Of a DNA stretch of 64,000 nt, positions 1 through 11,100 are shown in pieces; the first letter of the stretch is position 1; each line of letters opens with the position of its first letter. This DNA comes from Waterburya sp. (lineage in GTDB: Bacteria > Cyanobacteriota > Cyanobacteriia > Cyanobacteriales > Xenococcaceae). The DNA lies in NCBI GenBank assembly GCA_965217895.1, contig CBDCJV010000002.1, positions 32,001-96,000 on the forward strand, in the 5' to 3' direction. Below the pieces are notes generated by a model that was not told the origin of the DNA, did not search any database, and saw nothing but the letters and a program-made list of their open reading frames with translations. A program made the translations under genes and the position numbers.

Positions 1-750
1 AAAGCTTTACGCGCCCGTAAAGAGTTACTAGAGCATTTAGAAAAAATTGTAATTCAACGCCAGCAAGCAGATAATCCTGGAGAAGATGCTTTAGGGTTGT
101 TGATCCAAGCTAAAGATGATGAAGGAAATAGCTTAAGCCTAGAAGAATTAAAGGATCAGGTGTTGCTACTATTATTTGCAGGACATGAAACCTTGACTAG
201 TGCGATCGCCTCTTTTTGTCTTTTGACAGCACAGCATCCAAATGTGATGCAGCTTTTAAGAGAAGAACAAGATCGCTTAAATATATCTGATACTCCTACT
301 TTGGAAAATATTAAGCAGATGACCTATCTCGAACAGGTATTAAAAGAGGTTATGCGTCTAATTCCTCCTGTAGGTGGTGGTTTTAGAGAAGCAGTAGCAA
401 CTTTTGAATTTGGCGGTTATCGTATACCCAAAGGCTGGAATCTTCAATATCAAATTGCCCAAACCCATAAAGACGATGAGATGTATCCTAAAAGCGATCG
501 CTTTGACCCAGATCGGTTTGCACCCGAACACTCGGCAGATAAGCAAGCAAGCTTTGGTTATATACCCTTTGGCGGTGGTTTAAGAGAATGTATTGGTAAA
601 GAGTTTGCTCGTTTAGAAATGCGCTTATTTGCCTCAAAACTTTTGCAGAGTTATGAGTGGGAACTATTGCCCAATCAAAATCTTGAATTAGTTAATGTAC
701 CTACTCCTCATCCCCGTGATGGTTTAAAAATTAACTTCCTACGCCGATAA
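1..750 (+). CDS. Cytochrome P450 (CYP120-like), 5'-partial
   Basis: Frame is open from base 1. Contains the I-helix AGHET, ExxR (EVMR) and heme motif FGGGLRECIG. Confidence 0.93.
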   Translation, partial: KALRARKELLEHLEKIVIQRQQADNPGEDALGLLIQAKDDEGNSLSLEELKDQVLLLLFAGHETLTSAIASFCLLTAQHPNVMQLLREEQDRLNISDTPTLENIKQMTYLEQVLKEVMRLIPPVGGGFREAVATFEFGGYRIPKGWNLQYQIAQTHKDDEMYPKSDRFDPDRFAPEHSADKQASFGYIPFGGGLRECIGKEFARLEMRLFASKLLQSYEWELLPNQNLELVNVPTPHPRDGLKINFLRR

Positions 751-878
751 ATCAGACTAAATCAAAGATATTGGTATTAATTTTAAAGGTAGCGAAGGAC
801 TTGTTCGTTTATCCTCATGGAGAAAGAACGCGACCTCCGCATCTAAGTCAAGTTGGGAATTTTATTTTTAGAGTTCCT

Positions 879-2216
879 TTACCTAGGACTAGCAATAGAA
901 GAAGGGTTTTGGCTTTTGCTAATAAACTCATTTTGTAAAATTGCTACTGCTCTTGAATATTGAGGATCGGCATCTGTACCAATCAAGCTGGGATTAATAC
1001 TTAAATCAGTTTGCTGTTGACGATTTAAGTCCACTGTAATATCTGGAGCAATACCTTTCTTATTAATGTCTACACCATTAGGAGGATAGTAGTGAGCAAT
1101 AGTTACTGCTAAACCAGAACCATCGGAAAGGGAATGAACTGACTGTACTGTACCCTTGCCATAGGTGCGACTACCTACAAGCTTGGCTCGATGATTTTGT
1201 TTTAAAGCTCCTGCTAAAATTTCGCTAGCACTGGCAGAGTAGCCATCAACTAGTACTACTAAAGGCAAATCGGTTAATGCTTTACCATTGGCTGCAAATT
1301 TATCGTTACCACCCTTGCGATCTATGGTAGAAACAATTGCTCCTTTTTCCATCCACAAACGGGCAATTTCCACACCAGAAAACAGTAAACCTCCTGGATT
1401 TCCTCGCAGATCTAAAACAAAGCCAGAGGCTTGCTTAGAACTCAAATCTTTGATTGCTTTCTGCATTTGTTCTACTGCGTGGGAGCTAAATTCATCTAGC
1501 TTGATATACCCTACCTTTGAGCCTTGTTCTTGATTGAGAGCGTAGCTAACCGAAGGAAGTTCAATTTGCGCTCTGGCAATGGCTACATCAAAAGCTGGCT
1601 TTTCTGGACGAGCTATGGTTAATTTTACTTGAGTACCGACTTTACCCTTGATTTCTGCCGAAGCCTGTTCTAACGACATTGACTTTGTTGACTTGCCATT
1701 AATGCTTTGTATATAGTCTCCTGCTTTTAATCCCGCTTTGCTTGCTGGTGAATTTGGAATAGGTTCAACCACAATTAGCTGATTAGTTTTTTTGTCCATT
1801 CCCAAACGAATACCAATACCTGATAACTCTCCTGAAGTTTGGCTAGTTAGCTCTGCGTATTCCTCTGGATCTAAAAATCTGGTGTAGGGATCTCCGAGAT
1901 CTTTGAGTGACTTACGAATAGCCTGATAGGCAGAGGCGCGATCGCTATATTTGTTTTTTAATAATTGTTGACGCTGAATTTTCCAGTTAACATGGTTAAA
2001 GTCAGGATCTACATATTCGCTATTAATAATCTGCCATACTTCATCTACAACGGTTTTAGGGCTATCTTCTAAAGCGGCGGCTACAGGTGCAGTATTTTGG
2101 GGTATTAACAAAGAAGCTGTTGTCAGAGCAACGCCTAGTTTAATAGTTCTTGAACAATTTTTTTTCAATCTTAGTGAGCTTAAAATAAAACCAAAACGCT
2201 TAGAGAAATAGTTCAT
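879..2216 (-). CDS. ctpB: Carboxyl-terminal processing protease (S41), CtpB-like
   Basis: DPYTRFL, PDZ domain (GIGIRL), DLRGNPGG, SASASEI and GKGTVQ motifs. The N-terminus LEDSPKTVVDEVWQ resembles the CtpB paralog. Confidence 0.85.
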   Translation of the reverse strand: MNYFSKRFGFILSSLRLKKNCSRTIKLGVALTTASLLIPQNTAPVAAALEDSPKTVVDEVWQIINSEYVDPDFNHVNWKIQRQQLLKNKYSDRASAYQAIRKSLKDLGDPYTRFLDPEEYAELTSQTSGELSGIGIRLGMDKKTNQLIVVEPIPNSPASKAGLKAGDYIQSINGKSTKSMSLEQASAEIKGKVGTQVKLTIARPEKPAFDVAIARAQIELPSVSYALNQEQGSKVGYIKLDEFSSHAVEQMQKAIKDLSSKQASGFVLDLRGNPGGLLFSGVEIARLWMEKGAIVSTIDRKGGNDKFAANGKALTDLPLVVLVDGYSASASEILAGALKQNHRAKLVGSRTYGKGTVQSVHSLSDGSGLAVTIAHYYPPNGVDINKKGIAPDITVDLNRQQQTDLSINPSLIGTDADPQYSRAVAILQNEFISKSQNPSSIASPR

Positions 2217-2484
2217 GAGCTAGCTAAAGTAAAAAGGATGATTTTGATAAGTTACTCTGGGGTATGAGTTTCTCAACTTTCGATAAAAGATTATCTTAGT
2301 TAGTTGGCAGAAATAATAAAAGTAGTATTGGTAGATGACTAAGATTTTAAAATCAGAGTAACCTATTTTATATCAGTATAGCTAAAGTCTTTTTGCACAA
2401 TTTCAAAATTACTTCTTTTGATATGACAGGTATAGCATCTGGCTATTGTTACCCGCTGAAAATAATAGATTAGATCTGCTTAAT

Positions 2485-2928
2485 TTAAGCTTGGGCGGCA
2501 ATAAAATCAAGTATGATTTGGCGATGGAGATCTCCTAAAGCTCTAAATTCTTGATTTTTTGGGGAGTACCCAAAACCATTTTTTATCTCTGCCAAAGTCA
2601 ATAAACTAAAATCATCTCCTTCATTAAGTTCTAAATTATTTATTGTGAAAGATAGGTGACAAGAAAAAACATGACGCGCGTATCTATTGTCATTATAAGA
2701 ATTAAACTTGATTAATTGCTTAACGGGGTAGTTAATCTCTTCGATTAATTCTCTTTTTAGTCCTGCTTCTGGATTTTCTCCTGGTTCTATATGACCTCCA
2801 AATAGTCCCCATACCCCAGGGTAAATAATATTAGGGATATTATCTCGTAACTGCATCAAATACTTTCCATCTTGATGAATTATGGCGATCGCTATTGGTA
2901 TTAGGTGCTGAAAAGAGCGATCGCTCAT
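2485..2928 (-). CDS. NUDIX hydrolase
   Basis: Nudix box GGHIEPGENPEAGLKRELIEE. Confidence 0.9.
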   Translation of the reverse strand: MSDRSFQHLIPIAIAIIHQDGKYLMQLRDNIPNIIYPGVWGLFGGHIEPGENPEAGLKRELIEEINYPVKQLIKFNSYNDNRYARHVFSCHLSFTINNLELNEGDDFSLLTLAEIKNGFGYSPKNQEFRALGDLHRQIILDFIAAQA

Positions 2929-3001
2929 AAAACTAAGTTTATTGATAATTAAATTAAAAGTTTATCCAGCAATTTTACTTCATATTATGGTTATACTGTA
3001 T

Positions 3002-3391
3002 CTACTGGCGATCGCTGTTTGTCGGCTCTAACTGTTCTGACTCAACCACATAAAAGTCTCCTAATTCTTGCTTGGCGAATGGTAGACTTTGGTAATTAAT
3101 TTTTCCCTTAATGCTGATTAGCTGATTTATTTTTGGTGGTGTCTGAGAAGTAACAACCCAGATTTTACCAGTGGCATCTTCTAACTGATAAGCAGTTTGA
3201 TCGATTAAAGGAGCTAAATGCACCACTTGTCCCGTCAAAAGTACGGTTTTGCCTATTTTCTTCGCTGAAATTTTTTGAATAGAAATTAATGATGCTTGAC
3301 AACCAATTAAGCTACCTAGCAATATAATTCCAAGGCTAATTTGCTTGAACCTATCGGCAATTAATTTAGGTCTTAAATTGTGAACTAACAT
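3002..3391 (-). CDS. Putative lipoprotein with OB-fold-like domain
   Basis: Signal peptide/lipobox LIGC. The VLLTGQV...YQLEDATGKIWV pattern is typical of OB-fold proteins. Confidence 0.6.
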   Translation of the reverse strand: MLVHNLRPKLIADRFKQISLGIILLGSLIGCQASLISIQKISAKKIGKTVLLTGQVVHLAPLIDQTAYQLEDATGKIWVVTSQTPPKINQLISIKGKINYQSLPFAKQELGDFYVVESEQLEPTNSDRQ

Positions 3392-3431
3392 TTTTGTTCA
3401 TCCATACAGATAATCAACATGGCGATTGGGT

Positions 3432-5610
3432 GTGCGATTCGTTCCTGACGAAAGTGAGATAAAACCCATATAAATCAGGGCTTCTAGTTTTCATTAGCTA
3501 GATGATAACTGTTCGATTAATGGAGGTGCAAGCCCTCCCCCCGAAACTCACGGGTGACTCCTTATCTGCCCACGCCGAGTAGACTCGGAATTCTACAGAG
3601 CGAAGCTGGGAACAGGGCGTAATCAGACTTCAATTGCAGAAGACACTGACGCTAATAGGGAATTCCCACGGTAAAACAGAACCTAGAAAAGAAACCTACG
3701 CCTACACGGACGCAATTCCTAGTCCGAGGTTGCCTAAGCTATGTATCCCGCCAAGTTTTATCCAAGACATTGGCAAGAGTATGGGATTTAGGCGGTTTAA
3801 TTGATTCTACCTAAAGGAAATAAACATCAATCGAATGGAACGAATAAAAACGAATCTAAGGTCTGTGGATAGGTCGCATCCACGGTAGACCAGACGAGAG
3901 GATTAATCCCTTAGATTCGGGTAGGACAGACCGTAATTGGTCTGAGGAACTTAGAACATACAAACTAGAGTAAAGCATGATTAGACACATTGACACAGTT
4001 AATAGTGAATCCTGGGAATTCTTACCTTGGAAGAAATTCCAAAAAGAGACTTTCCGCTTACAAAAGCGCGTATGGAAAGCAGTTCGAGCAGCAGATATGC
4101 AAAAAGCAAGGTCACTGCAAAAACTGATACTCCGCTCTCAAGGAGCAAGATTCTTAGCCATTAGGCAAGTAACACAGCTAAACGAGGGAAAGAAAACCGC
4201 TGGTATCGACGGAAAAGGTAACTTGAATTTTCAAGAACGCTTTGAACTCGAAAAACAAATAAAGTTGAAAGTTAATAATTGGAAACACCAAGGATTACGG
4301 GAAATACCTATCCCAAAAAAGGATGGTACTAAACGAATTTTAAAAGTTCCAACTATTAGCGACAGAGCTTGGCAATGCCTGGCAAAATACGCTTTAGAAC
4401 CAGCACACGAAGCCACTTTCCACGCCCGTAGTTACGGTTTCAGAACAGGAAGAAGCACGCATTGCGCGCAAAAGCACCTGTTCGACAACTTAAATGCGAG
4501 AGTGAAAGGTATCAATAAACGAGTACTCGAAATTGATATTAAAAAATGCTTTGATAGAATCAACCATTCCACAATTATGGAGAACCTAATTGCCCCATCA
4601 GGGTTAAAGCTTGGCATCTTCAGATGCCTCAAAGCAGGAACAAATGTAGGATTTCCAGAACAAGGAACGCCACAGGGCGGGGTTGCTTCGCCTTTATTAG
4701 CTAACATAGCACTCAACGCAATTGAGAACATTGGTGAATATAAAAGCACCAGGGGATTAAGCACATCAAAATGTATTAGATATGCAGACGATATGATTTA
4801 CATCCTAAAACCTCAAGACGATGCTAAAAAAATACTTGATGAGGTTAAAGAATTCCTTGCCAAACGAGGAATGGAAATCAGCGAAACAAAGACAAAGCTG
4901 ACAGCAACGACAGATGGATTCAACTTCCTGGGCTGGAATTTTCGAGTCCAAAAGAATGGAAAGTTCAGAAGCCGACCTTCGGTGGAAAACTTCAGAGCTT
5001 TCTATAGGAAAACAAAATCTATCATCAATAACTCCAACTATGGTGCGACGGTCAAGGCTAGTAAACTAGCCGCCGTTGTTAGAGGATGGAGAAACTACCA
5101 TTGCTACTGCAAAATGGATGGGGCTAGAAATAGCCTCTACTATATGCAGAAAAGAGCGTTTAAGGTATTTAATCGGCAAACAAAACAAGACCGTTATTCT
5201 AGCAAAAAACTTCTGGATATAGCGTTCCCAAAAGTCCCATACTCCGAAAATAAATTCATCAACGTCAAAGGAGATAAATCCCCATTTGACGGAGATATAG
5301 TTTACTGGAGTAAACGCAACAGCAAACTATACGATGGAGAAACCTCTAAAGCCCTTAGAAGGCAAAACCATTCATCTGTAGCCTGTAGATTAAAACTCAT
5401 AGGCAATGAGAAAGTAAATCTACACCATGTAGATGGAAATCACAACAACTGGAGTCATAACAATTTAGTGGCAATACACGAATCCTGTCATGACTATATA
5501 CACAACCGTAAAAGCGACAGCTAAAAGTTTCGGGAGCTTGTATGCGTCGAAAGACGCACGTACAGATCTAACAGAGAGGGGCCAGAGGTAATACTCTCCC
5601 TCAACTCTAC
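3432..5610 (+). mobile_element. Group II intron (IIB, chloroplast-like/cyanobacterial type) with intron-encoded RT
   Basis: 5' end GTGCG at 3432. Domain V GAGCTTGTATGCGTCGAAAGACGCACGTACAGATCT at ~5534-5569. Domain VI ends ...CAACTCTAC at 5610. EBS1 ATCCAA (3760-3765, in the loop of the GCCAA..TTGGC stem) pairs with IBS1 TTGGGT (3426-3431). Confidence 0.92.
3977..5524 (+). CDS. ltrA: Group II intron-encoded reverse transcriptase/maturase with C-terminal HNH
   Basis: RT0 (KTAGIDG), PTISDR, SYGFR, DIKKCFD, GTPQGG, RYADD, X domain (VRGWRNY), HNH HHVDGNHNN...CHDYIH. Confidence 0.95.
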   Translation: MIRHIDTVNSESWEFLPWKKFQKETFRLQKRVWKAVRAADMQKARSLQKLILRSQGARFLAIRQVTQLNEGKKTAGIDGKGNLNFQERFELEKQIKLKVNNWKHQGLREIPIPKKDGTKRILKVPTISDRAWQCLAKYALEPAHEATFHARSYGFRTGRSTHCAQKHLFDNLNARVKGINKRVLEIDIKKCFDRINHSTIMENLIAPSGLKLGIFRCLKAGTNVGFPEQGTPQGGVASPLLANIALNAIENIGEYKSTRGLSTSKCIRYADDMIYILKPQDDAKKILDEVKEFLAKRGMEISETKTKLTATTDGFNFLGWNFRVQKNGKFRSRPSVENFRAFYRKTKSIINNSNYGATVKASKLAAVVRGWRNYHCYCKMDGARNSLYYMQKRAFKVFNRQTKQDRYSSKKLLDIAFPKVPYSENKFINVKGDKSPFDGDIVYWSKRNSKLYDGETSKALRRQNHSSVACRLKLIGNEKVNLHHVDGNHNNWSHNNLVAIHESCHDYIHNRKSDS

Positions 5611-5711
5611 CATGCTTCCTAAACACGAAGGACTTGTCCGCACGTAGCACTCCTCGCCATCAAATCCCAGCTTAACTTTTTTGATTTTTATTTGATTTTA
5701 AAAATTAGCCT

Positions 5712-6596
5712 ATGCCTACTTCAAAACCTCGTCTACTAGATGGTAAAGCCTTAGCCAAAAAAATTCAGTCAGAATTAAAAATTAAAGTTGATCAGCTCAA
5801 GCCAAAAATTGGTCGCCCTCCAGGTTTAGCAGTATTGATGGTAGGAGACAATCCTGCCAGTGCTGTTTATGTTCGCAACAAAGAAAAAGCCTGTCAAAAA
5901 GTGGGAATTGCGACCATGGGTCAACATTTTCCTGGCGATGCTACTCAAGCAGAATTAGAGCAGGTAATTGCTCAGTTAAACCAAGATGAGCGAGTAGACG
6001 GTATTTTAGTACAGCTTCCCCTACCAAAGCATTTAGACTCTATTGCTTTACTGCGCTGTATAGATCCTGATAAAGATGCTGATGGTTTACATGAGGTAAA
6101 TTTGGGTAAGCTGGTGCGTTCTGAGTCTGGTTTGCGTAGCTGCACTCCTGCGGGAGTGATGAAGATTTTAAAAGAATACGATCTTAATCCTGCGGGTAAG
6201 AAAGCTGTAGTAATAGGCAGAAGTATTTTAGTCGGTAAGCCAGTGGCTTTAATGCTCTTAGAAGCAAATACCACCGTTACTATTGCTCACTCCCATACCT
6301 CTGACTTAGGTGCAGTATGTCGTGAGGCAGATATTTTGGTTGCAGCAGCAGGCAGACCAGAAATGATTACTCGCGACATGATTAAACCTGGGGCGATAGT
6401 TATTGATGTAGGTATTAACAGGGTAGAAACCACCGAAGGAAAATCAAAGTTGGTAGGTGATGTAGCTTTTGCTGAGGTTGCAGAACTAGCTAGCTATATA
6501 ACTCCTGTTCCTGGAGGAATTGGTCCAATGACGGTAGCAATGCTGCTTAGTAATACAGTGCAAAGTTATGCTAACAAGGCTAGAGATTCAGGTTGA
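5712..6596 (+). CDS. folD: Bifunctional methylene-THF dehydrogenase/cyclohydrolase
   Basis: [28 protein letters not shown] and PGGIGPMT motifs. Confidence 0.97.
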   Translation: MPTSKPRLLDGKALAKKIQSELKIKVDQLKPKIGRPPGLAVLMVGDNPASAVYVRNKEKACQKVGIATMGQHFPGDATQAELEQVIAQLNQDERVDGILVQLPLPKHLDSIALLRCIDPDKDADGLHEVNLGKLVRSESGLRSCTPAGVMKILKEYDLNPAGKKAVVIGRSILVGKPVALMLLEANTTVTIAHSHTSDLGAVCREADILVAAAGRPEMITRDMIKPGAIVIDVGINRVETTEGKSKLVGDVAFAEVAELASYITPVPGGIGPMTVAMLLSNTVQSYANKARDSG

Positions 6597-6792
6597 GCAG
6601 ATTGTGCCAAATCTTTCTCTAAATCAAAAGGTTTTTTTGGTTGATAACAGTATGCAGTTAAACCACAAAAAATATTGACACCGAAATAATTTATAATTTC
6701 GCTCAAAACTAAACATAGGACGGGAGTGCTGAATCAGATATATTTTCAGCTTAGTGATCCCTTCTTTTTTTACCCCAAACTCAGGTTAAATA

Positions 6793-7449
6793 GTGATTAA
6801 AGCTGTAATTTTCGATATGGATGGCTTGCTGATTGATTCCGAGCCTTTATGGCAAGAAGCAGAAATACTTATTTTTAAACAGGTTAACATTCTTCTCACT
6901 TCTGAGCTATGTCTGCAAACAAAAGGCTTAAGAATCGATGAAGTTGTGAATTATTGGTATCAAAGACATCCCTGGACAAATCTGACTAGACAGAAAGTTG
7001 AGGAGTTGATTATCGCTAAAGTAATTGAGTTGATTTATCTTCAAGGCAAACCTCTAGCAGGAGTAAATCGCGCCATATCTTTTGTTCAGCAAAAACAAGT
7101 CAAAATTGCTCTGGCTTCTTCTTCTGCATCTAAGATTATTCAGGCTGTATTACAAAAGCTGGAATTGACAAATGTATTTGCTGAAGTTTATTCAGCAGAA
7201 TCGGAAGTTTTGGGCAAACCCCATCCAGGAGTATATTTGACTACTGCTAACAAACTAAACGTCTCACCTTCAGAATGTTTGGCTTTAGAAGATTCTCTCA
7301 ATGGAGTATTGGCTGCAAAAGCTGCACAAATGAAATGTATTGCTATTCCTGAACCATTAGAATATATTAACCCCAAATTTGCGATCGCCGATATCAGCTT
7401 GAAATCTCTCGCAGAATTTAACGACGATATTTGGTATAGCCTTAGTTAA
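6793..7449 (+). CDS. HAD-superfamily phosphatase (HxpB/YniC-like)
   Basis: DMDGLLIDSE, KPHP and LEDS motifs. Confidence 0.88.
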   Translation: MIKAVIFDMDGLLIDSEPLWQEAEILIFKQVNILLTSELCLQTKGLRIDEVVNYWYQRHPWTNLTRQKVEELIIAKVIELIYLQGKPLAGVNRAISFVQQKQVKIALASSSASKIIQAVLQKLELTNVFAEVYSAESEVLGKPHPGVYLTTANKLNVSPSECLALEDSLNGVLAAKAAQMKCIAIPEPLEYINPKFAIADISLKSLAEFNDDIWYSLS

Positions 7450-7919
7450 CCCATCTGTTTCAACTCCTGCAATACTTTCTCTACATGAGCTTTAACTCGG
7501 ACTTTATCCCAGACCTGAGCGATCTTCCCATCGGGAGCAATTAGAAAGGTTGAGCGCACCACGCCCATATATTCTTTGCCCATAAATTTTTTTAACCGCC
7601 ACGCACCGTATGCTTCAATTACCTTATGCTCAGAATCGCTAAGTAGCTGAAGTGAGAGGCTGTGTTTATTGATAAACTTACAGTGAGATTTTGCTGAATC
7701 TGGACTAACGCCAATAATATCTGCGCCCAATTCCTGAAATTGAGTCTGATATTTAGTAAAGTCTTGGGCTTCGGTAGTGCAGCCTGGGGTATTGTCTTTG
7801 GGGTAGAAGTACAATATTACCCAGCGATCTTTGCGATAATTCAAACTTACGGTGTTGCCATTTTGATCTTGGGCAATAAAATCAGGTGCTGCTTGTCCAA
7901 CTTGGAGAATATCGCTCAT
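7446..7919 (-). CDS. bcp: Peroxiredoxin Q / bacterioferritin comigratory protein
   Basis: YFYPKDNTPGCTTEA motif and RSTFLI. Confidence 0.93.
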   Translation of the reverse strand: MSDILQVGQAAPDFIAQDQNGNTVSLNYRKDRWVILYFYPKDNTPGCTTEAQDFTKYQTQFQELGADIIGVSPDSAKSHCKFINKHSLSLQLLSDSEHKVIEAYGAWRLKKFMGKEYMGVVRSTFLIAPDGKIAQVWDKVRVKAHVEKVLQELKQMG

Positions 7920-7959
7920 GGGATGAAATTACAAATAGTTTAAGACTGCTGTGTAAATA

Positions 7960-8114
7960 TTAATCAAAACTCGTCGCTTAATTGAGACTGTTATTGGACA
8001 ACTAGCAGAGCGTTTTCATTTCGAGACTGTTCGAGCGAGGGATTACATGCGGCTTAAGCCTTTGTGGCATTTTACTAGTCGTATTAGTTTAGTCGTAAAC
8101 TTTTAGCTCATATT
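7960..8114 (+). pseudogene. IS982-family transposase C-terminal relic
   Basis: Translates to TRRLIETVIGQLAERFHFETVRARD..LWHFTSRIS/(frameshift)RKLLAH, matching the recalled IS982 C-terminal pattern RRxIETVIGQLxERF...RARDLWH...RKILAH. Confidence 0.75.
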
Positions 8115-8192
8115 CAACAGCTTATTTTTAATTAAAAGTTGCACACGGCATATAAAATATATCTTAGATTTTATTTAAGTACATATGTTTAT

Positions 8193-11100
8193 ATGTTGGA
8201 TAATTTACGCTCTAAAAATAATCAAAAAGTTATCCCCAAAAATTATTCATTTAATTGTTATTTAATCGGTGAAGGAAGTTTATTAATCAAGTGTGCTGAA
8301 CTACTGCTCCAACAAAACTATCGAATCAAAGGTATTGTATCTCCAGATTTAATTGTTAAACGCTGGGCAGATACCAACAAAATTATTAACCTAAAAGATC
8401 AGCAACAGTTACTTAAACTGTTAAAAGAAGATAAGTGTGACTATCTTTTTAGCATTGTCAATCACGCTATTTTGCTTCCTGAAACTATTTCTCAAGTTGG
8501 TCAAGCAATTAATTATCACGACGCTTTGCTACCAAGCTATGCTGGAGTAAATGCAACAGCTTGGGCAATTATCAATGGCGAGGTGCAGCACGGTATCACC
8601 TGGCATGAGATTACAGCAGAAATTGATACAGGTAATATACTCAAGCAAGTCAAAATAGATTTAGAAGCTTCAGAAACTAGTTTAAGCCTTAATACTAAAT
8701 GCTATCAAGCAGCGATCGCAGCTTTTAGCGAATTAATCAAAGAACTCGTTAGCGATCGAGTAACTTACACTCCTCAAGATTTACAGCAGCGAAGCTACTA
8801 CCCTCGTCATCAAAAACCTCAGGCATTAGGCATTATTAATTTTAAACAGCCAGCAGCAGCGATCGATAATTTAGTGCGGGGATTGAGCTTTGGGAATTAT
8901 CCGAATTCTTTAACCACCGCCAAACTATTATTAAACTCCAGTGATAATTTAGACTACGTAATTATTAGTCGGGTAGCCAAACTTACAGCTAAATCTCAAT
9001 ACACACCAGGCACAATTGTCAGAATTGAAAGCGATAAATTAATTGTGACCACGGCAAGCCAAGACATTGCGCTTCAGGATGTTATGACTAAGCAGGGGGA
9101 AGCAAGCTCAATTGAGAAATTGGTTGCAGATTATCAGCTTCTGCTTGGGCAACAGTTACCTCAGATTGACTCAGAATTAAGCTCTAGAATAACCACCTTA
9201 GCAACGAAACTATCACCAGCAGAAGGCTATTGGCGCAAGCAGTTAATTAAGTGGAAACCTTTAACCCTACCTGGAATCAAAAAATCAGCAATCCTTGTCG
9301 CTGCCAATAGTTATCGACGAGTTAAGCTGCCTTTAGGCAATACAGTTATTGATTTCATTCAGCAGGCTTATGGGGCAAAAAACGCCTCAGATGTTGCTAT
9401 AGCTATCTTTGCCATTTACATTGCTCGTTTAAGCGTCAATCAACAGATTACTTTAGGATTTGAAGGATTTACTGACAAGGCGATCGCTCCTTGGTTTGCT
9501 ACTTGTGTACCTGCTAACTTAAAAATTTCCTCTAAAGATAATTTAGCTACAGTAATCGCTACAGTTACCAAAAGGCGAAAACTCAATCAAAAACATCAAA
9601 GCTATGCCACGGATTTAATCGCTAGATCTCCGCAGTTATCCAATAAACCAGATGATTTTACAGTAAGTGTAGGACAAAACGTAAAGCATCCTTCTAGCCA
9701 TTTAACTTTAAGCATCGAACCAGCAGAATGCTATTGGTTATATAACGTCAATGCTTTCTCTGAGGAATTGATTACCACTATGTTAGAGCAATGGCAGACT
9801 CTAACAGCAGGAATTGTCAGCCAAAACAATCCTAACTGCTCCATAGCCCACCTGCCTTTGATTTCTCTCTCAGAAAGAAAACGGCTGTTGGCTTGGAATC
9901 AAACTATCGTAGACTATCCAGCGGATTTATGTCTGCATCAATTATTTGAAGCTAGAGTAGCTGAAGACAGTGAAGCGATCGCCGTTGTCTATCAAGGACA
10001 GTCTTTGACTAGAGGCGAATTAAATCGGCAAGCTAACAGGCTAGCACACCGTTTGCAGCAGCTAGGAGTGCAGCCAGAAAGTTTGGTTGGTATTTGCTTA
10101 GAGCGATCTTTAGAAATGGCGATCGCTTTATTTGCTATTCTCAAAGCGGGAGGGGCATATTTACCGATAGACCCCAATTATCCTCCCGCCAGACTTAGCT
10201 ATATCCTTGAAGATGCTCGCTTAAGCGTTTTGCTAACTCAAGCCAAACAGCTAGAGCGATTACCCAAAACGGCTGCTCAAATTATCTGTCTAGATCGAGA
10301 TTGGGAAACGTCTAACCTGCATGAGACAAAACCCCTAAGCCAAGTCAACAGCCATAATCTAGCTTATGTAATCTATACTTCTGGCTCAACGGGAAATCCG
10401 AAAGGGGTAGCCATAGAACACCATAGTGCGGTTAACACCTTATGGGATATCGAGCAGCGTTTTGCAGTGCAGCCTCAAGACCGTGTATTGGCTGTCTCTT
10501 CCTTAAGCTTCGATCTGTCAGTTTATGATATCTTCGGCAGTTTGGGTTCTGGGGGAACGGCGATTTTGCCCCTTAGTACCACTCGCCCTAATCCCGAACA
10601 ATGGTTGGAATTGATAGCTCAAGAACAGGTTACAATCTGGAACTCAGCCCCCGCTCTTTTAGAGTTGCTGGTCAACTATATCGTTGGCTTTGAGCGACAA
10701 TTACCGTCATCACTACGTTTGGTTATGCTCAGTGGCGATCGCATTAATCCTAATTTAGTGATTCAACTGCAAAATCTAAACCCGCAGCTACAGATTGCAA
10801 GTTTAGGAGGAGCAACCGAAGCCTCAATCTGGTCTATTTGTTATCCTATCGCCTCAAAATGGTTTGCCAACAAAGCCATTCCTTATGGTCGTCCTCTCCA
10901 CAATCAAACGTTTTATATCTTAGACTCTCAACAACAGTTAGCACCTATTGGCGTTACGGGAGAACTCTATATCGGCGGAATTGGGTTGGCTAGAGGCTAT
11001 CTTAATCGTCCAGAATTAACCACGGCTAGATTTATTGCCGATCCTTTTAGTACCAAGCCTATTGCTCGTCTTTATAAAACAGGAGATTTAGGACGTTATC

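Noticed and set aside
3977..5524. RT as retron, DGR or CRISPR-associated RT
   Set aside because: It has X and HNH domains and is enclosed by canonical group II intron ends, domain V and EBS1.
5611..5711. ZTP or THF riboswitch upstream of folD
   Set aside because: I could not recognise either consensus; the sequence matches a dispersed repeat instead.
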